A stretch of DNA of 64,000 bases from the NCBI GenBank assembly GCA_963682135.1, contig OY821645.1, positions 2,944,001 through 3,008,000 on the forward strand, given 5' to 3'. Positions 8,844 to 17,891 of the stretch are shown here, in pieces. The notes beneath the pieces are model-generated. The model saw nothing but the letters and a program-made list of their open reading frames with translations. It made no database searches and had not been told where the DNA came from. The position numbers and the translations under genes are program-made. Within the stretch, counting starts at the first letter, position 1. The number at the start of each line of letters is the position of its first letter. Source of the DNA: Methanothrix sp. GTDB lineage: Archaea > Halobacteriota > Methanosarcinia > Methanotrichales > Methanotrichaceae.

Positions 8844-9080
8844 TTGAACCTGGACCGTTTGCCGCCATCGGCCAAGCTGGTTATCAAGGTGCTTGAATCG
8901 GGAAGCCTTCTAACCCAAAAAGAGATCATAGACAAGACCTACCTTCCTGCCAGAACCGTCAGATACGCTTTAACCAGGCTGAAGGAAGAGAATCTTCTCT
9001 TAAAGAAATTCTATTTCCCGGATGCACGCCAGAGCCTCTACGGCCTTAGCGCCGAATCCTCGGAGGTGATGACTGCATAA
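8844..9080 (+). CDS. Small MarR-like winged-HTH regulator (start could be ATG 8801 region or 8844)
   Basis: LPPSAKLVIKVL..LTQKEI..LPARTVRYAL..DARQSLY; paralog of the upstream HTH domain. Confidence 0.8.
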   Translation: MNLDRLPPSAKLVIKVLESGSLLTQKEIIDKTYLPARTVRYALTRLKEENLLLKKFYFPDARQSLYGLSAESSEVMTA

Positions 9081-9193
9081 CCCTATTTTTTAACCATTAA
9101 ATTTTTTTAATTACACAAAAAATGTCTAGAATGTCATGGACAATCTTATCAATCATGGTGTCCTGATATTGATCCGATAATGGGAGAAATGAT

Positions 9194-9493
9194 ATGGAAC
9201 ACGTAAAATTGCAGCTAGCTGGAAAGCAGGCAGATGGATATGTGATCGCTTTGGGTCCGGTAAATCTCGTCAACGTTGTCACCGATGTGGGAATGGTGGG
9301 CTGCGGAGCATTTGATGTCGCTGCCCTAAACAACTTCGGCTACCCGGCAGCCAGGGTCAGGCCCGCTCAGGGAGTCTCCATTGCCACCATCGAGGATCTC
9401 TTGCAGGGCATAGTCAAGGAAGTGAATCCTGCTGCAGAGATGCTGGGATTGAAGGTTGGCCAGACCGGAAAAGAGGCACTCGAATTGCTATAG
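9194..9493 (+). CDS. YunC/DUF1805 family protein
   Basis: GMVGCGAFDVAALNNFGYPAARV..TIEDLL..V..AA..LG.KVG..GKEAL. Confidence 0.8.
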   Translation: MEHVKLQLAGKQADGYVIALGPVNLVNVVTDVGMVGCGAFDVAALNNFGYPAARVRPAQGVSIATIEDLLQGIVKEVNPAAEMLGLKVGQTGKEALELL

Positions 9494-9505
9494 CTCAAAT
9501 GTGAT

Positions 9506-10075
9506 TCATCCAGTGATCAATAGTTCAGCTTCTTTCTCGGATGCTGTTGCTCTCGCAGCGTCGGCCAGTGCCTCTTCGAACTCATTTCTCTCTGATAGGG
9601 ATATCCGTGCGCTGCCCTCCGGATAAATCAATTCCAGTTCCTTCCTAACATCGTGAGAGGCAGGCACCCTCAATACGCGCAGATTTTCCAGCGACGTCTC
9701 GAAGAGAACTTTGCCAGGTGTCTTGACCCAGAGAATGACTCTTTGGCTGGTAATATTCCAGATGCCTGGCACCCAGCATTTTATCAGACCCTCATCCTCT
9801 CGCAGATATCCGAAGGTCTTGTAGAGGATCTCCTCGCCCGGGAAGAGCGGCAGGTGCGTCTCCTGGCTGGCATACAATTCCCGGCTGCTCTTATCCCAGT
9901 CTTCCATTATGCCGTACTCCAGCATGGTCTCCATGCCGGCGATCATGGCCCTCAGTGTCACGCCAATCAGGGGTATGCCGGCCACGGAGATGATTAGATC
10001 GGCGTTTAGAACTGCTCCCTTGTTGAGAAGCCGATCCAAAACCTCGACCAGACAGCTCTCTCTCTCCGGATTCAT
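9506..10075 (-). CDS. Gas vesicle GvpM/GvpJ-family protein with C-terminal beta-rich (PH-like) extension
   Basis: LVEVLDRLLNKGAVLNADLIISVAGIPLIGV GvpA-family motif; ATGA overlap with gvpL. Confidence 0.8.
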   Translation of the reverse strand: MNPERESCLVEVLDRLLNKGAVLNADLIISVAGIPLIGVTLRAMIAGMETMLEYGIMEDWDKSSRELYASQETHLPLFPGEEILYKTFGYLREDEGLIKCWVPGIWNITSQRVILWVKTPGKVLFETSLENLRVLRVPASHDVRKELELIYPEGSARISLSERNEFEEALADAARATASEKEAELLITG

Positions 10076-10854
10076 CCTACCCCCGAGAGGCATACAAAGC
10101 TGAAGGGAGCCCAGGGGCCGGTGAACCTTACATAGAATCCTTCTTTGCCGTTTATCTCTTCAAGGACCTCGCCCAGCTTTTTCACGGCCTCATCCGAGAC
10201 CCTGCAGCAAAAGGCAGCGAGAAGCTTCTTGTCCTTGTATTTGTCCGCAGTCCAGGAGCTCTTGCCTGCGGCCTTCAGCTCTTCCGCCAAAGGCTTGATT
10301 TCTAAAAAAAACTGATCTGCCAGCCCGCCGGCTTCTGCGTAAGTCAGGTCTTTCAGCTTTATGTCAAGATTGCGCTTGAGAAGATAGGCCTTTCCTTTCG
10401 GCTCATTTTCGATGCGGCTTTTGAGATCCACCAGCTCCTGATTATGGGCTAATACCAGATTTTCCAAACAAGCATGATCGCAATATATCTGGATTGAATA
10501 CTCTGCCGTTCCCTGCATGCGCAGCAGCTCGCTTGCAAGTTTTTCGTAGTCCCGGCAAAGCCAGTCTAAAACCGCATCATCATCACCCCTGATGATGACA
10601 TCGAAAGAGAAAGGAAGCACGGTTCCGAACATCTTCGTCGCCTGGTCTATTACATAGCTATGCTCCAAGACCCAATCCTCGGCCAGCTTTTTGTCCTCGG
10701 TATGATATGGTTTTGCCTCGCAGGCATGTACTATTGCTGCGATGTCCTTGTAGGGTACTATGTAGACGTCATTCTCCTGGATGCCTATGCTGCCCAACCG
10801 GGCTTCCTGTCCGGTCATGGCAACTGAGTAAAGGTATCTGGCCTCGTTTACCAT
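10072..10854 (-). CDS. gvpL: Gas vesicle protein GvpL/GvpF family
   Basis: YLYSV start, TVLPFSF, C-terminal FTGPWAPFSF. Confidence 0.88.
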   Translation of the reverse strand: MVNEARYLYSVAMTGQEARLGSIGIQENDVYIVPYKDIAAIVHACEAKPYHTEDKKLAEDWVLEHSYVIDQATKMFGTVLPFSFDVIIRGDDDAVLDWLCRDYEKLASELLRMQGTAEYSIQIYCDHACLENLVLAHNQELVDLKSRIENEPKGKAYLLKRNLDIKLKDLTYAEAGGLADQFFLEIKPLAEELKAAGKSSWTADKYKDKKLLAAFCCRVSDEAVKKLGEVLEEINGKEGFYVRFTGPWAPFSFVCLSGVG

Positions 10855-10858
10855 TATC

Positions 10859-11182
10859 TCAGGACTCCTCTTCCTGGCTTTCTTCATTCCAGCTTGCAGG
10901 ATTCAGGAACTTGTCTATCAGGTCTTCTGCGGCCAGATCCAGATCAGTCCGAACCAATTGCACAGCATCTTCTATGTTGTTGTCAGACTTTATCTTGGCG
11001 AGGGCCTCGGTTAATTCAGAGAGGGCTTCGCCCAGTCGCTCTATTTCGCCGTCGCTGAGACTTCCACTCTCCATTCTCCTCAAAGCCTGTCGTTCTAAAA
11101 GCTCCTGGATGATCTCCACCAGGGCCACCACCAGGCCCAAAAGCCCATCCTTCAGGTTTCCTTCATCCAGGTTGATCGACAT
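10859..11182 (-). CDS. gvpK: Gas vesicle protein GvpK
   Basis: GLLGLVVALVEIIQELLERQALRRMESGSLSDGEIERLG. Confidence 0.92.
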   Translation of the reverse strand: MSINLDEGNLKDGLLGLVVALVEIIQELLERQALRRMESGSLSDGEIERLGEALSELTEALAKIKSDNNIEDAVQLVRTDLDLAAEDLIDKFLNPASWNEESQEEES

Positions 11183-11190
11183 TTCGGGTC

Positions 11191-11805
11191 CTAGTCTAGC
11201 CGCAGGTGAAGTATGCCGTTCTTGAAGCTCTTCTCGATGATGGATTTTGCCTGCCTGGGCATTACTATTTTCTTGCTGAATTGACCGGCAGTTATTTCCA
11301 GAGAATCTCCCTCCAGATTCATCAGCAGCTCCTCCTCAGAGACCCCGGGCAGTTCGGCAATAATAGTGATACCGTCCTTTCCTTCCATCACATCCACTAT
11401 CGGCTGCCTTTGGGGTGCGGCCTCGGGCATTCTGACGCTTTCTGTTCGGGGAGCCGCCCGCCTCGCTGCATGGCCTGGGCCCCGGCCTAGCGGCCTGGTA
11501 GAGACATGATAGTCGACGACAGGCTTGCTGGACCAGCCAACATCGATCCTGTGTTTTATTTCTGCGTCCGTGTCGGCAATCCTCTGCCGAAATTCGGGTG
11601 AGGACTCTTCCAGGGACTTGATTATGCCTCCCAGACCGGGGATAAACTGGCTCACCACGTTATGCACTATCCCACCCATTTGAATATCGCCGCTTTGCTT
11701 ATGGGACCCCTTTTCCAGTTCTTCGATTCTTTTTTCCAGGCGCGCTATCTTCTCAGCATCCTCTTTATTCTTGCTTGCATCCTTATCTTTTGAGTCCTCG
11801 ACCAT
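11191..11805 (-). CDS. Hsp20/alpha-crystallin domain protein (GvpH-like)
   Basis: VDVME..IIAELPGV...SFKNGILHLRL, within the gvp cluster. Confidence 0.8.
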   Translation of the reverse strand: MVEDSKDKDASKNKEDAEKIARLEKRIEELEKGSHKQSGDIQMGGIVHNVVSQFIPGLGGIIKSLEESSPEFRQRIADTDAEIKHRIDVGWSSKPVVDYHVSTRPLGRGPGHAARRAAPRTESVRMPEAAPQRQPIVDVMEGKDGITIIAELPGVSEEELLMNLEGDSLEITAGQFSKKIVMPRQAKSIIEKSFKNGILHLRLD

Positions 11806-11821
11806 AAGTATCCCTCCAAGA

Positions 11822-12187
11822 TCAATCGTAATTTCCAACGCCGGGCCGGATGATGGGCAGAGGTGCTGGGCTGGACCAACCGCAGATATGACAGCCCTCC
11901 CGGATCAACTCATCTTCATCTCTTTTATTACCGCATTCCGGGCAGCAGGCCTTGGGTTTGACTGCATCTTTCCAGCCTGGTGCTTTAAGATTGGTTCCTG
12001 CGGGCATCTCCAGGCCGTACTTGGCTGCGGTCTCAAAAGAGGCTAATACTGCCCGAATCTTGATGCCCAAAAGCTCTGTGCCAGCTATTGATACGGCTAT
12101 ATCAGCATTGATCACCAGGCCCTTGTCAAGAATTCTTTCCACAATATCGGCAAGATTCTGGCTTTTTGTCGGCGCCAAAGAATTCAT
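11822..12187 (-). CDS. gvpJ: Gas vesicle protein GvpJ with C-terminal Zn ribbon
   Basis: LADIVERILDKGLVINADIAVS..ELLGIKIRAVLASFETAAKYGL; then CPECG..CHICG. Confidence 0.88.
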   Translation of the reverse strand: MNSLAPTKSQNLADIVERILDKGLVINADIAVSIAGTELLGIKIRAVLASFETAAKYGLEMPAGTNLKAPGWKDAVKPKACCPECGNKRDEDELIREGCHICGWSSPAPLPIIRPGVGNYD

Positions 12188-12199
12188 TTATACCCCCAC

Positions 12200-12499
12200 T
12201 TACCCTCGGTTGGCCATCTCGTTACGGATTCTCCTCTTATGAGCCAGTATCTTTGCCTTATGAATGAGCCTTTGCGTGCGCTGGATCATTCTGACCGTTG
12301 TCCTTTGAGTATGCCATCTCTCTTTGATCTTACGATTATTATTCCTGGAACTCACATACCAGGTTCTTTTCGTCTGCATAAGTGCAGGGAGGACCTCGTC
12401 TCTTATCCTTCTCTTATGAGCAGTTACCAGGGCGTGCTGACGTCTCCGGTTGTCCAGAACCTTTTGACTTAGAAGGGCCATTGTTTCATATCTCCACAA
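12200..12499 (-). CDS. Highly basic protein, GvpI-like by position and composition
   Basis: Arg/Lys/His-rich, with AHKRRIR twice; sits just before gvpJ, as haloarchaeal gvpI does. Confidence 0.55.
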   Translation of the reverse strand: MWRYETMALLSQKVLDNRRRQHALVTAHKRRIRDEVLPALMQTKRTWYVSSRNNNRKIKERWHTQRTTVRMIQRTQRLIHKAKILAHKRRIRNEMANRG

Positions 12500-12501
12500 G
12501 A

Positions 12502-12693
12502 TTATTCATTTTCATCCTTAAATCCTATCTGCACTCTACCATGGTAAATTGCTCGAATGAAGCCGGGATATCCCAATGACCCTGAAAAAGGCCGTTTATG
12601 TTCATTGTTTTCATCCATTTCCTGGATTATCTGCCAAAATTCCCCAACTTTCTTTGCGGGCGTTTTTTTGGCATCTCCCGATTCATCGGCCAT
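12502..12693 (-). CDS. Small hypothetical protein in the gvp cluster
   Basis: 63-aa ORF tightly packed between gvpG and the GvpI-like gene. Confidence 0.55.
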   Translation of the reverse strand: MADESGDAKKTPAKKVGEFWQIIQEMDENNEHKRPFSGSLGYPGFIRAIYHGRVQIGFKDENE

Positions 12694-12696
12694 ATC

Positions 12697-12978
12697 TTAT
12701 CCCAGTATATCCATCCTTGAACCGAGATCCATTTCCAAAACTTTCATAGCTACATCCAGCTTATGCAGGAGCTGTGAGTTCATCTGTTCGTATTCCTGGC
12801 GATCAAGCTCTCCAAATTCATAGAGCAGACGGGTCTCTTTTATCTGGTCTCTAATCTTTTCCGGATTGTAATATCCTTTCAAGGCAAATTTTTGGATCTG
12901 CTCCAGCGTCCAAATCATATCCAGCCCAGGCAGGGTGATTCCAATGGATCGCAGCACAATATCATCAATTATGAACAA
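12697..12978 (-). CDS. gvpG: Gas vesicle protein GvpG
   Basis: MFIIDD...YNPEKIRDQIKETRLLYEFGELDRQEY. Confidence 0.85.
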   Translation of the reverse strand: MFIIDDIVLRSIGITLPGLDMIWTLEQIQKFALKGYYNPEKIRDQIKETRLLYEFGELDRQEYEQMNSQLLHKLDVAMKVLEMDLGSRMDILG

Positions 12979-12979
12979 T

Positions 12980-13669
12980 CTATCGAAACCCCCTTCGTTT
13001 GCCTCCCAGGATATGAATGTCTACGAAGTTATAGGCAGGCCAGGGACCGGAGTATTGCACCTTCATCTCGTGATATCGTTCTTTAAGCCTGCCCACCTGC
13101 ACAGAGAACTCATCCATAGTGGACTTATCTACCAAAAAGGTGCTGTTTAAAATCAAGCGGTCAGAAAAGAGCTTGAGCTTTTTATTATCAGAGGAAACTG
13201 CTAAGAGGCTTTGCAGAAAATCGGCGCTGCATTCCTCTTTTTGGGCGCTGTTCATGGGTTCTAGATCTTTAGGAAGAAATACCTTGATGCCCAGTTCCAC
13301 CTTGCCGTCTACAATCGGCAGTGCCTTCTGCATGGCCTGATAGCCGGCGCTCATGGCAATTTGCAGTAGCTTCTTGCTCTTAAATGCCATGCCATAGGCC
13401 ACAGGAATCACACTGTACTCTCGCATTACCTGTTCAACTACATTCCTGTGGATCTCGACTTCCTGCTCAATAGCAGCATAATCCCTGTAGGTCACGTCAC
13501 TCACGACAGGGCTTAAGTCCCGATAGTCCATCGTATAGACCTCGCTGGCATCAAAGCCGATATTCCCAAAGCTCTCTCTCTCCTTAAATGGGAAAGGAAT
13601 GACGCAATAGACATACTTTCCTAGAGTCTCGGGGACATCCTTCTCAGCTTTGCGAATCCTCCTTAACAA
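12980..13669 (-). CDS. gvpF: Gas vesicle protein GvpF
   Basis: GKYVYCVI, VIPVAYGMAF, VELGIKV, YSGPWPAYNFV. Confidence 0.9.
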   Translation of the reverse strand: MLRRIRKAEKDVPETLGKYVYCVIPFPFKERESFGNIGFDASEVYTMDYRDLSPVVSDVTYRDYAAIEQEVEIHRNVVEQVMREYSVIPVAYGMAFKSKKLLQIAMSAGYQAMQKALPIVDGKVELGIKVFLPKDLEPMNSAQKEECSADFLQSLLAVSSDNKKLKLFSDRLILNSTFLVDKSTMDEFSVQVGRLKERYHEMKVQYSGPWPAYNFVDIHILGGKRRGFR

Positions 13670-13673
13670 GAAG

Positions 13674-13952
13674 CTACACCTCTTCCTCGACCATCTCCAT
13701 GTCCGATCTTCTGCGCAGCATTATCCTCTTGTAGCCAAGAAGCTCCCCATCAAGATCGAATTTCATCTCGTACCTCCCCATAATATCCTGTGTGTCGGGC
13801 ACGGATCTTCTTTCCAAAACCTCGATCTCAGCCACCCAGCCTTCTGTATCCTTGTTAAGGCTGATGATGCTGTCAAGCTTCTTCTTCAACATGGTTTCTG
13901 CAGCTTGGGTTGCTATCCCAAGAATATCCTGAATCTTTGGCTTACCGCTCAT
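13674..13952 (-). CDS. gvpO: Gas vesicle protein GvpO
   Basis: GWVAEIEVLERRSVPDTQDIMGRYE..D.DGELLGYKR. Confidence 0.92.
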   Translation of the reverse strand: MSGKPKIQDILGIATQAAETMLKKKLDSIISLNKDTEGWVAEIEVLERRSVPDTQDIMGRYEMKFDLDGELLGYKRIMLRRRSDMEMVEEEV

Positions 13953-14331
13953 GCATGGTCACCTGAGGAGTGTAGATAGAGAGCTCTCCATGAATGGGAA
14001 TTATTTCCACGTCCCTTCCCTTTAATTCATGAATTCTCTCTTTCAATTTATATTTATCTACTTCGTCAGCCAATCTATAGTAGCGAAGAAATGAGGCAAG
14101 CTTATGTCTCCTGGATTTGACGGCATCTCTGCCCAAGGCTTCTTCCTCAAAAGTTCCATCAGGTTTGAGGGTGAAATAGAATGTTGCCCCTATCTGTCTT
14201 CCGTCCTGCATTCTGGCTTTGATGACCAGAGCATCGGTCTCATTGAATGCGAGGCCAGGAGGCTTCTTGTGGAAGAGCTGGCTTATTTTATAAACCTCCG
14301 CCTCTTCGACTACCGCAGTTATTGGTTGCAT
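13942..14331 (-). CDS. Hypothetical protein between gvpN and gvpO
   Basis: 129-aa ORF overlapping the gvpO start; beta-rich. Confidence 0.65.
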   Translation of the reverse strand: MQPITAVVEEAEVYKISQLFHKKPPGLAFNETDALVIKARMQDGRQIGATFYFTLKPDGTFEEEALGRDAVKSRRHKLASFLRYYRLADEVDKYKLKERIHELKGRDVEIIPIHGELSIYTPQVTMHER

Positions 14332-14353
14332 ATTCGCTTCCCTTAGGCTGAAC

Positions 14354-15430
14354 TCAAGCTGCCGACTCTCTAACCAGTCTCTTCTTCTCTTCCATATCCT
14401 TGGGAGAACAGGTCTTGTTGGCTATGACATCGATGCACATTTGCTGGAAATCTATGGTTAAATCTTCTCGGTCTTTTAGGGTTTGCAGTCCTTTGGCGAT
14501 CATGATGCAAGCCCTGGTTCCGGGTTTCTGGGCATCAGGAAGCTTTTCTCTTATCGATCTTATTGTCTGTACAATCTTCTCGGCTTTGTCCTGAGAGATT
14601 CCCGTGTGCTCCATCACGATTCGCACTTCAGTCTCGTGGCCGTAGTAGTCGGCATATATGCCCACCATACGATCGAGCAGCGCATCTTGCGGCCTGTGAA
14701 TTCCTGCATATTCAATGGAGTTGCTGGTGAGGATGGCTTTGAAATCCGGATGAACTTTTATGTACCTTTCTTCTCCAAATTTAGTTGGAAGTTCCAGGAT
14801 GCCTTCTTCAAAGACGGACAGGAGAACGTTATTCGATGCAGGCTTGGTTCTGGAGAACTCGTTGTAGATGAGGGTATAACCATATTTGCAAGCCAGAGAG
14901 AGGGGATTGTCAACCCACTCGATCTTCATGGTATCTCTTGTCTTGAAGACGTTGTGGACGTAATTATCTCGCACACTTTCGCTCTGCATCTGAGAGTAGC
15001 CGCCGATTAAATCGGATGTAGTTATAGCTTCATCTCCGTTTATCCAGACCACAGGCCGCCCAAGTCTTTTGGCCACATGTACGGCCATGCTGGTCTTGCC
15101 GCAGCCTGTAGGCCCAATCAGATGTACAGGATATCCAGCTTGAAGCCACAGAGAGAGGCGGCTTTCCATCTCCATTACCTCCGGGGTGCTGATGAAATGA
15201 TTTGCCTCGGGCGTGAGGAAAGCCTCTTCAATGGCCTTATGCCTGGCTTCTTCAGATATCAATTCATAGCTGCAGTCCATATTAGCCGGAGATTTGATTC
15301 TCACTTGAATGCTGGGATCATTTAATCCTGCCTTAGAATTGTGAGCCATCTCGCTAGCCTTTTTCTCAGAAGCGGTCATGTGAACTGCTTCCCCTCTCAC
15401 CCTTCTGGGATGTGACTCAATATACGGCAT
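14354..15430 (-). CDS. gvpN: Gas vesicle AAA+ ATPase GvpN
   Basis: Walker A GPTGCGKT, DNYVHNV, WVDNPL, YNEFSR, EYAGIH..QDALLDR. Confidence 0.95.
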   Translation of the reverse strand: MPYIESHPRRVRGEAVHMTASEKKASEMAHNSKAGLNDPSIQVRIKSPANMDCSYELISEEARHKAIEEAFLTPEANHFISTPEVMEMESRLSLWLQAGYPVHLIGPTGCGKTSMAVHVAKRLGRPVVWINGDEAITTSDLIGGYSQMQSESVRDNYVHNVFKTRDTMKIEWVDNPLSLACKYGYTLIYNEFSRTKPASNNVLLSVFEEGILELPTKFGEERYIKVHPDFKAILTSNSIEYAGIHRPQDALLDRMVGIYADYYGHETEVRIVMEHTGISQDKAEKIVQTIRSIREKLPDAQKPGTRACIMIAKGLQTLKDREDLTIDFQQMCIDVIANKTCSPKDMEEKKRLVRESAA

Positions 15431-15482
15431 CGCTTAGCACCTTCATGGAATTATGATAATAATAAAAAGTTCTACTAAGGAT

Positions 15483-16295
15483 TTACCCATAGTAGAAATC
15501 ACGGACATAGTTCTTGAGATCTTGCTCTTGATATCTGTAGATCTCATTTTGGAAAGACGCTGCTCTTCCTTGAAGCTCCCTTGCTCCGGAATACAGCCTG
15601 GAGACAGCTTCGCGGTTCTCTTTTATCTGTGAGTTAAGATTGCTTTGGAACTTTGCCAGACCAGTCTGCAAATTTCTGTAGCCCTCATCTCTGATGTTCT
15701 TTCCAGCTTTCGAAAATTCACGAGCCATCTTTTCCTGAGAGGACATAATCTCTCTGGCTCCTGAGTGCATTCTTGCGGTAGCGTCCGAATTTTCCTTGAT
15801 TTGGGCATCAATTGACCGCTTGAATTGCATTTGAGCCTGATCGAATCTCTTCTGACCGTCCTCTACCATTTTTTGGGCTTCGGAGTGCATATTTCTAGAT
15901 AATGTGTTGCTGGCAGCGTGGAACTCTTTCACCGATTTGGTCATCTCTCGGATACCTTCATCACGGATATCTTTACCAGCTTTCTTGATTTCAGCTGCTT
16001 TGTTATCGATTGCATTGGCCTTTGCCAAAACACCCTTCTTGCCAAAGCCAGCCGGTTTCGCTGCACTTTTCGGTTTTTCGATCATTGAAGCCTCTTTAGG
16101 ACTCACATGTGGTATGGGCTTGGGAGGCTCTTTCTGCTTCTTCATAGCCTCCAGGATATACTCAGCTAACTGAGACTTTGTTCCTCCCAAATTCTCCAAA
16201 CCATACTTCAGAGCCAATTCTTCCAGATCTCGCCGAGTGTGCTTAGTTACCAGCTCGTCGAAGGTCTCAACTTTGTTGGTTGCGTATTCTTCCAT
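15483..16295 (-). CDS. GvpC-like helical repeat protein with N-terminal HeH/Rho_N-like motif
   Basis: Lies between gvpA and gvpN; internal repeats KAGKDIRDEG/KAGKNIRDEG and QIKEN..A..R..SGARE. Confidence 0.6.
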   Translation of the reverse strand: MEEYATNKVETFDELVTKHTRRDLEELALKYGLENLGGTKSQLAEYILEAMKKQKEPPKPIPHVSPKEASMIEKPKSAAKPAGFGKKGVLAKANAIDNKAAEIKKAGKDIRDEGIREMTKSVKEFHAASNTLSRNMHSEAQKMVEDGQKRFDQAQMQFKRSIDAQIKENSDATARMHSGAREIMSSQEKMAREFSKAGKNIRDEGYRNLQTGLAKFQSNLNSQIKENREAVSRLYSGARELQGRAASFQNEIYRYQEQDLKNYVRDFYYG

Positions 16296-16331
16296 GGCTC
16301 TTCCTCCTAAAATAATTAGAAGAAATCAGCA

Positions 16332-16562
16332 CTAAGCAGGAACCCCAGGAGTAGCGCCGATGGCCGCTTGTTCGATCTTGGCCATCTCCTCAGAGTAGTG
16401 CAGATAGGTGTCCACCGATGCTACGACAACACGTGCCTCGACGGTCAGAATCTCAATACCCACCAGGCTGATCCTGGCCCAAACATCGACTACGATACCC
16501 TTGTCGAGAATCCTATCCAGAACCTCGGCAAGACTTGATGCGTCCGGTGTAGCGGTTACCAT
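16332..16562 (-). CDS. gvpA: Gas vesicle structural protein GvpA (copy 6, variant C-terminus GATPGVPA)
   Basis: [48 protein letters not shown]. Confidence 0.97.
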   Translation of the reverse strand: MVTATPDASSLAEVLDRILDKGIVVDVWARISLVGIEILTVEARVVVASVDTYLHYSEEMAKIEQAAIGATPGVPA

Positions 16563-16597
16563 TTTTATTCACTCCTTTAGATATTGCATTAACAGAT

Positions 16598-16828
16598 TTA
16601 AGCTGGGACTTTGGGGCTTGCTCCGATGGCCGCCTGCTCTATTTTGGCCATCTCTTCAGAGTAGTGCAGGTAGGTGTCCACCGATGCAACGACAACGCGT
16701 GCCTCGACGGTCAGAATCTCAATACCCACCAGGCTGATCCTGGCCCAAACATCGACTACGATACCCTTGTCGAGAATCCTATCCAGAACCTCGGCAAGAC
16801 TTGATGCGTCCGGTGTAGCGGTTACCAT
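16598..16828 (-). CDS. gvpA: GvpA (copy 5)
   Basis: 76-aa GvpA identical to copies 1-4. Confidence 0.97.
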   Translation of the reverse strand: MVTATPDASSLAEVLDRILDKGIVVDVWARISLVGIEILTVEARVVVASVDTYLHYSEEMAKIEQAAIGASPKVPA

Positions 16829-16863
16829 TTTTATTCACTCCTTTAGATATTGCATTAACAGAT

Positions 16864-17094
16864 TTAAGCTGGGACTTTGGGGCTTGCTCCGATGGCCGCC
16901 TGCTCTATTTTGGCCATCTCTTCAGAGTAGTGCAGGTAGGTGTCCACCGATGCAACGACAACGCGTGCCTCGACGGTCAGAATCTCAATACCCACCAGGC
17001 TGATCCTGGCCCAAACATCGACTACGATTCCCTTGTCGAGAATCCTATCCAGAACCTCGGCAAGACTTGATGCGTCCGGTGTAGCGGTTACCAT
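16864..17094 (-). CDS. gvpA: GvpA (copy 4)
   Basis: Identical 76-aa GvpA. Confidence 0.97.
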   Translation of the reverse strand: MVTATPDASSLAEVLDRILDKGIVVDVWARISLVGIEILTVEARVVVASVDTYLHYSEEMAKIEQAAIGASPKVPA

Positions 17095-17129
17095 TTTTAT
17101 TCACTCCTTTAGATATTGCATTAACAGAT

Positions 17130-17360
17130 TTAAGCTGGGACTTTGGGGCTTGCTCCGATGGCTGCCTGCTCTATTTTGGCCATCTCTTCAGAGTAGTGCA
17201 GGTAGGTGTCCACCGATGCAACGACAACGCGTGCCTCGACGGTCAGAATCTCAATACCCACCAGGCTGATCCTGGCCCAAACATCGACTACGATACCCTT
17301 GTCGAGAATCCTATCCAGAACCTCGGCAAGACTTGATGCGTCCGGTGTAGCGGTTACCAT
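17130..17360 (-). CDS. gvpA: GvpA (copy 3)
   Basis: Identical 76-aa GvpA. Confidence 0.97.
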   Translation of the reverse strand: MVTATPDASSLAEVLDRILDKGIVVDVWARISLVGIEILTVEARVVVASVDTYLHYSEEMAKIEQAAIGASPKVPA

Positions 17361-17395
17361 TTTTATTCACTCCTTTAGATATTGCATTTACAGAT

Positions 17396-17626
17396 TTAAG
17401 CTGGGACTTTGGGGCTTGCTCCGATGGCTGCCTGCTCAATCTTTGCCATCTCTTCAGAGTAGTGCAGGTAGGTGTCCACCGATGCAACGACAACGCGTGC
17501 CTCGACGGTCAGAATCTCAATACCTACCAGGCTGATCCTGGCCCAAACATCGACTACGATACCCTTGTCGAGAATCCTATCCAGAACCTCGGCAAGACTT
17601 GATGCGTCCGGTGTAGCGGTTACCAT
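17396..17626 (-). CDS. gvpA: GvpA (copy 2)
   Basis: Identical 76-aa GvpA. Confidence 0.97.
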   Translation of the reverse strand: MVTATPDASSLAEVLDRILDKGIVVDVWARISLVGIEILTVEARVVVASVDTYLHYSEEMAKIEQAAIGASPKVPA

Positions 17627-17660
17627 TTTTATTCACTCCTCTTAATATGTAAATACAAAT

Positions 17661-17891
17661 TTAAGCTGGGACTTTGGGGCTTGCTCCGATGGCTGCCTGC
17701 TCAATCTTTGCCATCTCTTCAGAGTAGTGCAGGTAGGTGTCCACCGATGCAACGACAACGCGTGCCTCGACGGTCAGAATCTCAATACCTACCAGGCTGA
17801 TCCTGGCCCAAACATCGACTACGATTCCCTTGTCGAGAATCCTATCCAGAACCTCGGCAAGACTTGATGCGTCCGGTGTAGCGGTTACCAT
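17661..17891 (-). CDS. gvpA: GvpA (copy 1)
   Basis: Identical 76-aa GvpA from ATG 17891. Confidence 0.97.
   Translation of the reverse strand: MVTATPDASSLAEVLDRILDKGIVVDVWARISLVGIEILTVEARVVVASVDTYLHYSEEMAKIEQAAIGASPKVPA

Larger units (their letters stand above)
16332..17891 (-). repeat. Tandem array of six ~266-bp gvpA units (231-bp CDS + ~35-bp spacer with AGGAGTGA RBS)
   Basis: Start codons at 16562, 16828, 17094, 17360, 17626 and 17891 (period 266, one of 265); near-identical nucleotides. Confidence 0.95.

Noticed and set aside
16408-17535. Four repeated 109-aa plus-strand ORFs
   Set aside because: Antisense shadows of the gvpA repeats.
16332-17891. Possible CRISPR-like or non-coding tandem array
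   Set aside because: Each unit is a full gvpA CDS with an RBS; there are no unique spacers.
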